From Octopus vulgaris (lineage: Eukaryota): a stretch of DNA of 64,000 nucleotides. The first letter of the stretch is position 1, and each line of letters starts with the position of its first letter. Positions 39,845 through 53,393 of this stretch are shown here, piece after piece. The stretch lies in assembly GCA_951406725.2 (NCBI GenBank), contig OX597828.1, forward strand, positions 34,224,001 to 34,288,000, in the 5' to 3' direction. A program made the translations under genes and the position numbers. The notes under the pieces were generated by a model that ran no database searches, was not told the origin of the DNA, and saw only the letters and a list, made by a program, of their open reading frames with translations.

Positions 39845-40680
39845 TATGAGTGGATGTTGAAAAAAACTAATGAATCTCTCAAAGACAGTACCATTGACAT
39901 GAAGCGAAGCTTCTCTTAAACTCGTGACCGCTACATCAAATCACACTTCGAAGACAATGCATTTGCAATCCAAGAACAAGAGACAGTGAAGCCCTTGGAG
40001 TTCCAAGATGCAACCGTAAATGTAGACTGTCATATTTCCGTGGAAGACATCACGAATGTGATAACAGCTGCTTAAAAATATCATCGAGGTGCTACCTCCC
40101 TATGCGACACGACGCTGTTGCAAAAACAATATACAAAAACCCTCCCCGGAAAAAAGACTGTCCTAGAATAAATATAGTGAATCCCCCTGTTATTGAATAC
40201 TTAGACAAATATCAGCTGAAGGAATACTTGTAGAACATTGCCATCAAATGATGTGTCAAGTGTGAGCATAACAGACCGGATATTGTTTGGGACGGACTAG
40301 TAAAAGTATGCACCGTCATAGAAATTATCTGATGTGAATATATCTGTTTGAAAATCAAAGAGACAGAAGCTCACTATGGACATCTGCTTCGAAACCTCCA
40401 GCTTACATGTATACCAATAATAATCGGAGCGCTTGGTTAAGTAAATGTCTAACTGTCAGTCTGGATAAGCTTGAATTTTCGGAAAAAAGAAATCAACCAA
40501 ATGATTCGCATTTTAGAAATGCAACCTGTAAGCGGAACACTAAAGCTTTGCAAGACATTTCTCGGGTTCAGAATGTGACCTTGTTTTCCTTATCTACATT
40601 CTAACAATGGAGCTTTGTATCTTTGTTAGAAACCAGATCCTTCTTCCTCCGAAGAATTTAAATAATGAAAAACATAAAAG
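39845..40680 (+). pseudogene. R4/Dong-like (restriction-like endonuclease) non-LTR retrotransposon 3' remnant
   Basis: SHFE..AFAIQEQE, CRL-like CCHC region, YLPMRHDAVAK, HNRPDIVWD, YGHLLRNLQL, IPIIIGALG; many stops. Confidence 0.75.
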
Positions 40681-40767
40681 AACGGTGCCCCAGCATGGCC
40701 ACAGATCGTGAGCTGAAACTAGAATCAATCAATCAATCATACATGCATACATGCATGCAGATATAAA

Positions 40768-41500
40768 TATTTGTTTGAAAACCAAAGAAAAAGGAGGATA
40801 TCATGGACAACTACTTCGAAACCTCCAGCTTCTATATTCAGACTATGAATTCATATTCATAACAATGATAATTGTGTAGGCGCAATGGCCCAGTGGTTAG
40901 GGCAGCGGACTCACAGTCGTAGGGTTGTGGTTTCGATTCTTAGACCGGGCGTTGTGAATGTTTCTTGAGCGAAGACACCTAAAGCTCCACGAGGTTCCGG
41001 CAGGGGGTGGTGGTGAACCCAGCTGTACTCTTTCACCACAACTTTCTCTCACTCTTTCTTCCTCTGTTTCTGTTGTACCTGTATTTCAAAGGACCAGCCT
41101 TGTCACACTCTGTGTCACGTTGAATCTCCCCGTGAACTACGTTAAGGGTACACGTGTCTGTGGAGTGCTCAGCCACTTGCACGTTAATTTCACGAGCAGG
41201 CTGTTCCGTTGATCGGATCAACTGGAACCCTCGTCGTCGCAACCGACGAAGCGTCACGAATGATTATTGGAGTATTAGGTTTTGTTAGTAAATGCTTAAA
41301 GGAGAATCTGGATAAACCGGGATTTTCAGAAAAAGAAATCGACTGGCTAATTCGTACATTACAAGTGTAGTCTGTGAGTGGGACAGTAAAAATGAGCAAG
41401 ACTTTTCTCAAATTCCAAATGTGTTAACTACATCCCAAAGATGGGGCCTTGTATCTTTGTTACAAACCGGCTCCCTCCTCGGCGGAACATTTATAATAAT
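40768..41500 (+). pseudogene. Second R4/Dong-like 3' remnant, split by a tRNA-SINE
   Basis: GQLLRNLQLLYSDYEFIFI [SINE] IIGVLGFVSKCLKENLDK..GTVKMSKTFLKF. Imperfect TSD AATGAT(A/T)ATTG at 40864 and 41259. Confidence 0.7.
40879..41255 (+). mobile_element. SINE family C
   Basis: Full head and body; imperfect TSD in the R4-like remnant. Confidence 0.85.
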
Positions 41501-41798
41501 TGATAAATAGAAGAGGCATACATACACACATGCCTTCAAATTTTATTTAGTTATCAAGATTCTTCCTAGAGGTTATGGTGGGGCCGGGGAACCGGATTCT
41601 AACAACTTCGCACGCAGCCACGTGGGTTTGTGTTTATTTCTTGGCACGGAAATCGCTGAGTAGTTAACTTAAGTGATCTACTTTTAAAAATATATAATAA
41701 CCATCTTTTTTAAAGAGAGAGAGAGAAGCGAAATGAGAGAGGTGGAGGATAGCAATATAAACATACACACACGTGTTTATATATATATTCCTACCAGG

Positions 41799-41836
<38 letters not shown>

Positions 41837-42063
41837 CTATGACTGATATTTGACAATAGCGGAATTGAATTGATATAAACAAGTTATGGTATAACTGGTT
41901 AGGAAGTGAATTAGCTTAAATGAGAGGCAACTCATACAAAATGGTGACCGATAATAAAGTCGCAGGAAAAAAAAAACGTCACAATTAATTTATGGGATCA
42001 GGACCCCCACCCCCCAGCCCCGGACAAAACCCCTGTGACATTTTTTCCTGTGACTTTTTTTTT

Positions 42064-42241
42064 ATACATTATTTGCATTATTTACAATTGACGGATATTT
42101 GTCCTCATCTTGTTTGTTGTTAACACAACGTTTCGGCTGATATACCCAACAACCTTCATCAGATGTCTTGGGGGAAATTTCGAACCTGGGTTCTCATTCC
42201 TAAGGTATTTTTCGTTGTTGTTGTTGTTGTTGTTGTTGTTG

Positions 42242-42319
<78 letters not shown>

Positions 42320-42483
42320 TCACTGCCTGTAATCGAACTCGGAATCTTGGGGTTAGTAGCCCGCGCTCTTAACTACTACGCCATATGCCCAATATGCCCG
42401 TGGGCATATGGCGTAGTGGTTACCTGGATTCCTCTTAACTACTACGCCCGTGGGCATATGGTGTAGTGGTTACTTGGATTCCT
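42064..42483 (-). mobile_element. Second copy of the tRNA-head/hammerhead element, with an inverted and tandemly duplicated head
   Basis: Same body as 13035-13583. Minus-strand head GGGCATATGGCGTAGTAGTTAAGAGCGCGGGCTACTAACCCCAAGATTCCGAGTTCGATT (A and B boxes) at 42316-42390. Hammerhead at 42122-42167. Inverted head copies at 42402-42421 and ~42452-42471. Confidence 0.8.
42122..42167 (-). ncRNA. Minimal hammerhead motif, intact core
   Basis: Reverse complement reads GACAT-CTGATGA-AGGTTG-ttgggtatat-CAGCC-GAAA-CG-TT-GTGTT. Confidence 0.75.
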
Positions 42484-44318
42484 ACAAATACCGCGGACGA
42501 AATACCGTAGTCTAAAAGCGTTTAAACAAAGCACATGCATTAAATATGTAACATTAAGCATGTGACATTGATAATGTTTACAGTATAGAGCTTCTCTTAA
42601 CACAAAATTTGAATTTTGTTCTACTTGTACAGCACTTTTTCACATTAGCAGATAGATTTTACGCTCCCAGTATCTACTTCAGGCCAACGATTCGAATTCA
42701 TTTCGAGTACACTATATCGATGAGCAGAAATAATGGGTTTGGTATTGGTGTTGGGGTTTAGGGTTTAGAATTAGCTTTAAGATTAGGATTGGAGGTAGGG
42801 TTAGAGTTATGTATCAGCGTTAGGGCTAGGATCATCGTCGTTGTCGGCGTCATCATCGTCATCGGGCTTTTCGTTTAATAAAGCAGATATTAAAATCAAT
42901 GACTACGGCAACGATCGCCGTTTGCCGTAAACTCGGCTGTCAAATGACTGTGAACGAATTTTCTTTCTAACAGAAATTATTTTTGAGAACATACACAGTG
43001 TGTGTGTCTGTGTGTGTGTGTCTGTGTGTGTGTGTTGTGTGTATGCGTAATTATGTGTGTATGCTTGTGTGTGTGTGCGTGCTTATGTGTGTATGCATGT
43101 ATGTGTCTGCGTGCTGATGTGTGTATGCTTGTGTGTGTGCGTATGCGTGCTTATGTGTGTATGCATGTGTGTGTCTGTTTGCGTGCTTATGTGTGTGTGT
43201 ATATGTATAAGCTTGTGTATGTGTATGTTTGTGTGTACATGTGTACTTGTGTGTGCTCTTCTTTATTTATGTATCAGTGCGTATGTGTTTGCGTGCATGT
43301 GTTAGTGTGTGTTCGTGTATGTGTATGCGAGCTTATGTGTGTGTTTGTGTGTACGCTTTTGTGTATGTCTGTGTATGTGCGCTTGTATTTGCACGAGTCC
43401 CAAGTTATACTCCCGCTTTAGTTCGTAAATATATTTTCATCCTGAACACAGCGAACAAAGAAATGTTAAATATATTTTTCTGGGTTCCATGTGGTACTGA
43501 AGAAAGTGCAAGTATTCCTGAAATATGCATATGCACCCATCGCCTACTTTTACCGGCGATGCTCCAGCATGGCCACAATCTTTGGGCTGAAACGCTTCAA
43601 GGAATAAAAGAATAAATTCTATAGATCATGTACCACCGGGCATACGGACACAAGTGTGTTCCTATCGACTTTGTTTCCTCATAACTTTCGGAAAAATGGA
43701 TTCTTTAACTTGAAATTTTCAACAGATATGCTTCTGATGGTATACGTTCCATTTATATCAGAATTTAAAGTGGGACGTTTTCCTGATGTGGCGAAGGTGG
43801 AGAGAGAGAAAAGTTTTTTAAAATTCACACGAGTCGCCTTTGTTACCTCATAACTTGCAGAAAACTGGGTATTTTTTAGTGAAATCTTGTACAGACACCA
43901 GTTGACATATCTATACAGTTTTGCCCTCCTCCCTACTGACTTTGTTTCCTCATAATTTTCACTGCGTGTCTTTTCATTTTTTGTGTTAGCATTTTATCTG
44001 ACATGGGAGAATTGAAAGAAATAAGAAACCTTTCAATAGGTTTGAAGAGAGTATTATACGGATGATTAAGTCTCTACAGATACCCCTAGCACACAAGAGT
44101 AGGGGTTAGGGTTAGGGCACTTTTGGAGGGGCGGCACTTTTCATCTATAAACCAGAAAAGATTATATTGAAATAATACGGTATGCAATAATTCCCGATAT
44201 TATAGTCCCACTGCGTGGCATCTTGGGCAAGTGTCTTCTGCTATAGCCCCGGGCCGACCAATGCCTTGTGAGTGGATTTGGTAGACGGAAACTGAAAGAA
44301 GCCTGTCGTATATATGTT

Positions 44319-44349
<31 letters not shown>

Positions 44350-44570
44350 ATATGTTTGTGTGTCTGTCTTTGTCCCCCTAGCATTGCTTGACAACCGATG
44401 GTGTGTTTATGTCACCGTCACTTAGCGGTTCGACAAAAGACTCCGATAGAATAAGTACTGGGCTTACAAAGAATAAGTCCCGGGGTCGATCTGCTCGACT
44501 AAAGGCGGTGCTCCAGCATGGTCGCAGTCAAATGACTGAAACAAGTAAAAGAGTAAAAGAGTATATATTA

Positions 44571-44786
44571 GGCGGCGAGTTGGCAGAAACGTTAGCACGC
44601 CGGGCGAAATGCGTAGCCGTATTTCGTCTGTCGTTACGTTCTGAGTTCAAATTTCGCCGAGGTAGACATTACCTTTCATCCTTTCGGGGTCGATAAATAA
44701 AGTACCAGTTTCGTACTGGGATCGATGTAATCGACTTAATCCGTTTGTCCCCTCTATGTTTAGCCCCTTGTGGGCAGTAAAGAAAT
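44571..44786 (+). mobile_element. SINE family B (MetaSINE-like central domain)
   Basis: tRNA-like head, then GCCTTTCATCCTTTCGGGGTCGATAAA..AGTACC (Meta-domain-like), then AGCCCCTTGTGGG..TAAAGAAAT tail. Confidence 0.8.
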
Positions 44787-45185
44787 ATATACATATATAT
44801 ATATATCACCGTGACCGACCAGGCTATCAGATGTTACTACACATCGTTGGTCACAATGCGTTTTGCATTGTTTTAGCCTTCAAGTGACGCCACCCTGCTG
44901 GCAAAGTCAACCTCGGCGGACTTTGAACTCAGAACGTAGCGACAGACAAAATACTGCTGAGCATTTCGCCCGACGTGCTAACGATTCTGCCAGCTCGCCG
45001 CCTTTATATACAGTCGAATTGCAACACCGTTCTTTGTCTTGAGTTTACTTGGTAGAGTGTATTTGTTAACTTGAAAACGAGGTCAAGGCGAGCTCTGATT
45101 GGCTGTATGCAAATGAATTCATAACTGGGGTTCCCCATTTTTGCTGAGGACTGATCTAAGATTTTTGCTGCTGTTTTAAGATACC

Positions 45186-45365
45186 GATGGTAATGATTAT
45201 GACGATGATGATGATGTCGATAAGGACCATGATGACGAAGATGCTGGTGGTGGTGGTGGTGGTGGTGTTGGTGGCGGCGGTTGTGGTGATGATGATGACA
45301 ATGATGATGATGAAGATGACGACGATGACGGTGATGATGACGACGACGACGACGACGACGACGAC

Positions 45366-45419
<54 letters not shown>

Positions 45420-45980
45420 GACGACGACGATGATAATGACGATGATGATAATAACGACGATGATGATGATGATGACGACGACGACGACGACGATGATGAT
45501 GATGATGACGACGATGATGACGATGATGATGATGATGACGATGACGACGATGATGATGATGACGACGATGACGACGACGACGACGACGACGACGATGATG
45601 ATGATGATGACGACGATGATGACGATGATGATGATGACGATGACGACGATGATGATGATGATGACGATACGACGATGATGACGACGACGACGATGATGAT
45701 GATGATGATGACGACGATGATGACGATGATGATGACGATGACGGCGATGTCGACGACAACGACAGTGACGATGACTAGACCATTACCAAATCTAACTTTC
45801 TTGAAAATGTCTGAAGATTTTAGTTGAGGACTGACCATGGGACTATTTATGAGGCCGAAGACGACGATGATGACGACGACGACGACGACGACGATGACAA
45901 CGACCACGATGATCACGACGGCGACGACCACGATGGCCACCACGATGACGACCACCACGAAGATGATGATAATGACGATA
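45186..45980. repeat. (GAT/GAC)n trinucleotide array, ~800 bp
   Basis: Read directly; it explains the poly-H/S/M/T ORFs. Confidence 0.9.
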
Positions 45981-46039
45981 GAGGTGTTAGTTGGAGTGCT
46001 GATAACTTACGTATTTGTGTGTATATGTGTATGAGTGTT

Positions 46040-46080
<41 letters not shown>

Positions 46081-46658
46081 GAGTGTGTCTGTCTGTATGT
46101 AAATGCTGAGAGCGATCAACACTAGAAATGTGTTTGTAGCCACTTGTGTGTCTAATGACTTAGTGTTACATCAAATGGCAATATACGAGGATAAGTACGT
46201 GTGCGTGCGTGTGTGTGCAAGTGTGTGTGTGTGTGTGTTGTGTGTGTGTGTGTACGCAGGTATGTGTGATATGGGAACAGGTGCTTCTTGCTACTCTCGC
46301 CAGCCTCACCACCCCTTCCAATCCGCCGATCCATGAGAACTTCACATTAAAATCGATAGGAGTCTATCGCCACACCGGACACACAAATAGATAAGTAGAA
46401 CAAGGTGTTAGAAATGAAGATAAGGTGTGTATTCCTCTACTGGAGAAATACATCCTGTACACCATGGTACACGTAGACACAAAAGGTCAATATACAAGAA
46501 CACGGTCATCGATGCACACTCATAAGAGCTCTCATGTTGACAGTTGAACAGAAGGAGATTTCCTTAAGAACTTGTCAACGTCTGATGTTGCTTTGTAGGT
46601 GTTTTGAGTAGGAGCGTCGTTGATAGATGTATGCGTGTGTGTGTGTATGTGTGTATGT

Positions 46659-46690
<32 letters not shown>

Positions 46691-47034
46691 ATTTGTGTAT
46701 GTAGTCCGTGTACTTTCACACACACATGCACTCATGTACACACACATAAGCACGTCTATATTTCTCTCTCTCTCTCTCTCTCTCTCGCTCTTCCTCTCTC
46801 TCTATCATATATATATATATATGTACATACATGTTTATATATGTGTACGTATATATATATATATATATATATATATTTACACACATGTACGTGTGTGTGT
46901 GTGTGTGCAGTGGCCCAGCAACAAAATTTGCTTAGAGAGTGCAAACCCAGGTCTAAAATTTTTATGAAAAATGTGGATTTTTTTCAATGTTAACATTAGA
47001 ACAAATGCAGATATAATAATAATCTTTATTATTA

Positions 47035-47525
47035 TGGGGGTCGGCTGAAATGTTCATAGGCTGAGCAAGACACTCTCATGGAATGGGACCAAATGAGGTT
47101 AATTTTTTGAAGTAGTTCCTCTTACTGTCCACACACTTCCATAAGTAGTCGCAGCGACGGATCACACTGGTGAAGAAGCTATTCTGTTGGTCAAAATGGT
47201 CATCAACAGGAGACAAGACGTCATCATCACAGCGATGCTGGTGCCCAGCTGAGTATTTTCCTATGTTGGGAAACAGATAATAACCAGATGGAACCAAATC
47301 ACTAACATAGGGAGGGTGAGCAACCAGTTCAAAGCCGGTCACGCACAGCAGCCATTAAAACCAAGGACATGTGTGCTGAAGCATTGTCCTAATGAAACAA
47401 AACCCCATTCATCAGTTTTCCTGGTTGTTTGGTCTTGATAGCCTTTCATAACTGCCTTAGCAAGTTCGCATTGGTCTTTCCATTACTGCAGTGATCATTT
47501 TGAAGATAGTCAATAAACACAATAT
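47035..47525 (-). mobile_element. Mariner transposase 3' fragment
   Basis: QDNASAH-like motif and GFELVAHPPYVSDLVPSGYYLFP (YSPDLAP motif); C-terminal WKCVD..NY. Confidence 0.85.
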
Positions 47526-49329
47526 TTTTTTGCATTAACGTATATAATAATGTGAAGTATATTTTGTATATTAAAACGTTTAATTTCGGAAATATATCAA
47601 GCGAAACAGACATGAGCAGTAAAAATATAAATTGCAAGTATTTCAAAATGTGAGACACTACATAATGAAACTGACACAAAAGAATATAGTAGTGCTTCTG
47701 TTCCAAAGGTACGAATGATTCTGTTAAGAAAAATACATTGGTTCCCAGTGCAGCTTGTACATGGGGATGTGTGAGGGGTAAATACAAAGCATGGCGTCAA
47801 AGATCTCTGGTGACAATTCTCTGCTCTCTGGCTATCTCAAAAGAAATTCTTTATTTATAGCCATCTGTTAGCTCAAAACAGACCACACATTTGCTGCTCT
47901 GGCCATCGGTCTGTTTCGATGACTTAAAGCATCCAATTGGCACGAACGGGTATGGTCATGTGACTACTTGCAGAAAACAGACAAAATACGCCAATTGGCA
48001 GCTACCTAACCCTAGACAGCCAAATAATAAGCATAGCATTCGCTACACCTTCATATTAGACGTAGAAGAATCAAGTAACCTTCCTATCTACAGCCACCAA
48101 CCACGGATCACCAAGTGCTGCTTATAGAAAGTAAAAAGGAAAACGTACCCTCCATCTGAGTTTGAGTAGATGGTGCACGACAGACATCTGACAAACATCT
48201 ACACGCAACCACTTAAAGGTGCTCTGCAGGGATATTCAACAACTTTGACGATCTTTTGCACTCTCATACAAATAGAACGGTTTGACTTTCTCTAGCCACA
48301 GGGCATATTTTGTGTGAGACACCAGAGGATGCAACTTTTGAGTGCACAGCTCCTTCTTATATTTTAAGATAAACTTGCGATATAAGAGGGAGTGAGCAAT
48401 TCCTTATAAATGGACATAACTTCGCAAGATTATCTTATATGGTGGATCAAACAGTCAGAGTTTTTTTTCTTTCTCTTGAGGTGTTCAGCATATAAGCTGC
48501 AAAAAACACGTGGACATCAGCAGCCGCAGTTCTCTACACACCAACATGTGACCACGTCCTTTGTCGAAGTGCTGCGGAATCAATTATTGTCATGATCTTT
48601 CTTGATTACAAATCAGTGAATAACTCTTATAGCCACAGACGGTGAACCGTTGTGGTGCTCAGTATAATACACATTGACGGCAATGAAAGAACTCCATTGT
48701 CGTAGCTTCAAGTATATGGAGGAAGTAGAATAAACGGGGGCAGTTCTGGTCCTCTAGGGTAATAATCGAATGAATACGATCGTGAATACAAACGGCCGAA
48801 ATGGGGGTTCTTCCGAATAGTCTTTGGAGATAGGTTACTCTATTGAGTGCGTAGCCTGCAGATCAGAGAGGTGTCCCTGGTAGGGCCTGTAGGGTGAATA
48901 TATGTTTAGAAATGCTGCATGTATCTTAGAAGAATTCTTACAGAGAAGAAGGATGAATTTAGGAACAATATATTTATTACATGAAATATATTTTAGTCAC
49001 TGGTTGTCGATGAAACATAATCAAAATGTAGAAACTAATTGAATGAAATAATCTATGCAAGAAAGTTAAGAAATTTAGAAATAACAGAGAAATAGACAGG
49101 CATAGTAACGACGTGAATGGCTCTGAGTCTAATTGACAAAGAAGCAAAGAGTAGGGCAAGCAAACTGTTTTTATTAATGGAACGCTAGACATTCTAGAAA
49201 CTTCCAAGAGAAACGCGAAGCTTCTTGAATAATTAAGAATTACTTCTCATGAAATATAATCTCCGAGAAACTTACTAAAGAGAGATTACTCTATAACACT
49301 TCTTGCAAAATTATATCATTCAGCTATTT

Positions 49330-49620
49330 GAGCTACAGACGACAAACTACTAGAAGCCTCTTCTTCGAATTGGGAGATCACAGCAGCTCCGATACTACGG
49401 AAATGTGTTTTAAATGTTTCAGGAAAGAATCTATGAACAGGTTTTACGAGCAAAACCAACTGACAGGAAACCCAGAGGGAGACCATGAGCAAATTGTTTG
49501 GATAACATCTATGAACTCGGTTGGCCTCTCTTCGGATTCCAGCTGAATCATTTGGAGACGATTGATTGTGACGGGACTCGATGGAAGACGGGCTTGAGGA
49601 ATATTCCCCCATAATACTTC
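49330..49620 (+). mobile_element. RTE-clade LINE C-terminal remnant
   Basis: LLRIGRSQQLRYYGNV..QERIYEQVLRAKPTDRKPRGRP..LDNI..DGTRWK matches the RTE LRWxGHV/RxRGRP/DRxxW pattern. Confidence 0.7.
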
Positions 49621-50042
49621 CCAGAATTCAATGGGCGATGAAGACAAGTGAAGATTTAAATACACAAATAATCCACACACGTAAACACATAAACCTGTCT
49701 ACATATATATATTAGTTTCAAATTTTGGCACAAGACCAGCAATTTCGGTGACGGGAGACACTCCATGACATCGACTCCAGTGTTCAACTGGTTCTAATTT
49801 TATTGACCCTGAAAGGAAGAAAGACAAAGTCGACCCCGGCAGCGTTTGAGCTTAGAAGGTAAAGAAGAAAGAAATGCTGTCAGGCATTTTGCCCAGCATG
49901 CTAACCATCATGCTAGCTCCCTGCCTCTATGTCTGTAAATATTGATTTCAAATTCTGACAGACGGTCAGTAATTTCAGCGGAAGTGGGTAAATGCATTGC
50001 GTAGGTCCCAGTGCCCCACTAGTACTTATTTCATCCACCTGA

Positions 50043-50599
50043 AACAAGGACAGACAAACGGATTTAGTCGATTATATCGACCCCAGTGCGTAACTGGTAC
50101 TTATTTAATCGACCCCGAAAGGATGAAGGGCAAAGTCGACCTCAGCGGAATTTGAACTCTGAACGTAGCGGCAGATGAAATACCTATTTCTTTATTACCC
50201 ACAAGGGACTAAACATTGAGGGGACCAACAAGGACAGACAAAGGGACTAAGTCGATTATATCGACCCCAGTGCGTAACTGGTACTTATTTAATCGACCCC
50301 GAAAGGATGAAGGGCAAAGTCGAGCTCTGCGGAATTTGAACTCTGAACGTAGCGGCAGATGAAATACCTATTTCTTTATTACCCACAAGGGGCTAAACAT
50401 TGAGGGGACAAACAAGGACAGACAAAGGGATTAAGTCGATTACATCGACCCCAGTGCGTAACTGGTACTTATTTAATCGACCCCAAACGGATGAAAGGCA
50501 AAGTCGAGCTCGGCGGAATTTGAACTCAGAACGTAACGGCAGACGAAATACTGCTAAGCATTTCGCCCGGCGTGCTAACGTTTCTGCCAGCTCGCCGCC
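50043..50599 (-). mobile_element. Tandem trimer of SINE family B
   Basis: Three ~184-bp units; only the last one (50400-50599) has the full head. Confidence 0.85.
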
Positions 50600-51203
50600 T
50601 TTATATCTTGTATATGTTGATAGATAGACGGGTATGCACACACACACACACACACGGAATTAATGAAACAAACAAACAAACAAACAAACAAACAAAAGAA
50701 CAAACAAACAAATAAATAAATAGATAAATAAATAAATAAATGTTGCAAAAAGCTTGCTTCTCAACCACATGGTTCCGCGTTCAGTCCCACTGTCTGGCAC
50801 CATGAACAAGTGTCTTCTGCTGTGGCCTCGGACCCACCAAAGCCTTGTGAGTGGATTTGGTAGATGGAAACTGAAAGAAACCCGCCGTGTGTGTGTGTGT
50901 GTGTATATATCACGTGACCGACCAGTCCATCAGATGTAGTTACACATCGCTGGTCACAATGCGTTCGCATTGTTTTAGCCTTCGAACGACGCTACCCCAG
51001 TGGCTAAGCGAGTAGGCCAACAGAAGAAAGAGTGGGATAAAGAGTGGTGAAAGAGTACAGCAGGGATCACCCCCCCCCCCCTGCCGGAGCCTCGTGGAGC
51101 TTTTAACTGATAGAATAAACACTCACAACGCCCGGTCTGGGAATCGAAACCGCGATCCTACGACCGCGGGTCCGCTGCCCTAACCACTGGGCCATTGCGC
51201 CGC

Positions 51204-51259
<56 letters not shown>

Positions 51260-51263
51260 CACA

Positions 51264-51349
<86 letters not shown>

Positions 51350-51639
51350 TGTCTCTGTGTGTGTGTCTCTGTGTGTGTGTGTCCCCCCCCACCCGCCATC
51401 GTTTGATAACCGATATGCTGTGTTTACGTCCTAGTAGTACTTTAGCGGTTCGGCAAAAGAGACCGACAGAATGAGTACTAAGCTTACAAAGAATAAGTCC
51501 CTTTGTTCGACTAAAGGCAGTGCTCCAGCATGGCCGCAGTCAAACGACTGAAACAAGTAATAAGAGTTTCTTAGATTGTTGCAAAGCCTGTAATTTTGAG
51601 GGAAGAATTTGTTCAATTACGTCAACTCCAATACTTAAT

Positions 51640-52047
51640 TTACTCTTTTACTTGTTTCAGTCATTTGACTGCGGCCATGCTGGTGCACCGCCTTTAATCG
51701 AGCAACTCGATCCCGGGACTCATTGTTTTGTAAGCCCAGTACTTATTCTATCGGTCTCATTTGCCGAACCGCTAAGTTACGGGGGACATAAACACACCAG
51801 TACCGGTTGTCAAGCAATGCTAGTGGGACAAACACAGACACACAAACATATACATACCCATATATATATATACATATATATACGACGGGCTTCTTTCAGT
51901 TTCCGTCTACCAAATCCACTCACAAGGCTTTGGTCGGCCCGAGGCTATAGCTGAAGACATTTGCCCAAGGTGTCACACGCAGTGGGACTGAATCCAGAAC
52001 CATGTGGTTGGTAAACAAGCTACTTACCACACAGCCACTCCTGCGCC
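51640..52047 (-). mobile_element. SINE family A
   Basis: Full-length copy ending at the GGCGCAGGAGTGGCTGTGTGG head. Confidence 0.85.
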
Positions 52048-52562
52048 TATTGGTATTTATTGGTATTTTATTTTATCGATCTCGAAAGGATCGATAGTAA
52101 AGTTGAGTCAAGCGAGATTTGAACTCGCAAGTTAAGAATCCGGAACAAATTACGTGAGAAATATTTATTTCGATGCTTTATCGATTCCACCAACACAACT
52201 TTTGCTTCGATCAACGATCTTGTTTTAAGGGAGATAACTCTTGTCTAGCTAAACGCGTTTGCATTTTACAGTTTTCCGTAGAATTTTATATTTTGAACGT
52301 GTACAAGTATTCTGTTATTCTGCAACTGTTCCTAATTATTATCAATGGATTAATGATCAAGTGATAATTAATTTACTTATAGAGTAAGCTGAGAGGTAAG
52401 AAGTTTGCTCCCCAACCACAAGGTTCAAGTTTCACCCCACTGCGACGTCTGTTATAGCTTAGAGACAACCCGAAGCCTTGTGAGGGGAATATGTAGAGGG
52501 AAACTGAAAGAAGCCCATCGTACGTGCGTGCGTGCGTACGTGATAGCGTGTACGTGTGTTTA

Positions 52563-52609
<47 letters not shown>

Positions 52610-52811
52610 TCTCTCTCTCTCTCCCCATCAGGGTCGTCGGGCATTTTTATAGGCTGTGTGGTAAGAAGCCTGCTTCCCAACCACATGGTCCTGGGTTCAA
52701 TCCTACTGCGTTACCCGTTGGGCATGTCTTCTACTGTAATCTTGGGTCAACAAAAGGCTGCTGAGTGGATTTGGTAGGCGGAAACTGAAAGAAGCCCGTC
52801 GAATACACACA

Positions 52812-52852
<41 letters not shown>

Positions 52853-53066
52853 ACAGAGGTCTGCATGTCTGTTTGCCCTACCACCATCGTTTGACAACCA
52901 CTGTTGGTGTGTTTACGTCCTCGTAACTTAGCGGTTTGGCAAAAAGACTGATAGAATAAATACTAGGTTTACAAAGACTAAGTCCTTGGGTCGATTTGTT
53001 CGATTAAAGATGGTGTTCCAGCATGGCCGCAGTCACATGACTGAAAGTAATAAAAAAATAAAAGAA

Positions 53067-53102
<36 letters not shown>

Positions 53103-53132
53103 TGTATGTATGTATGTATGCATGCATGTATG

Positions 53133-53164
<32 letters not shown>

Positions 53165-53393
53165 CATGCATGCATGCATGCATGCATGCATGTATGTATG
53201 TATGCATGCATGCATGCATGTATGTATGTATGTATGTATGTATGTATGTATGTATGTATGTGTGTGTGTATGTGCTTGCTGATCGGTGCTGGTTTGTCCC
53301 CGTGACTTAACGGTTAGTCAAGTAAAACCGATAGAATACGTACCAGTTTTACAAACAAGTACTAGGTCCGATCCGTTTGACTACAACCTTTCA

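Noticed and set aside
45004-45958. Poly-His/Ser/Asp ORFs
   Set aside because: Arise from a (GAT/GAC)n array with no complex flanking coding sequence.
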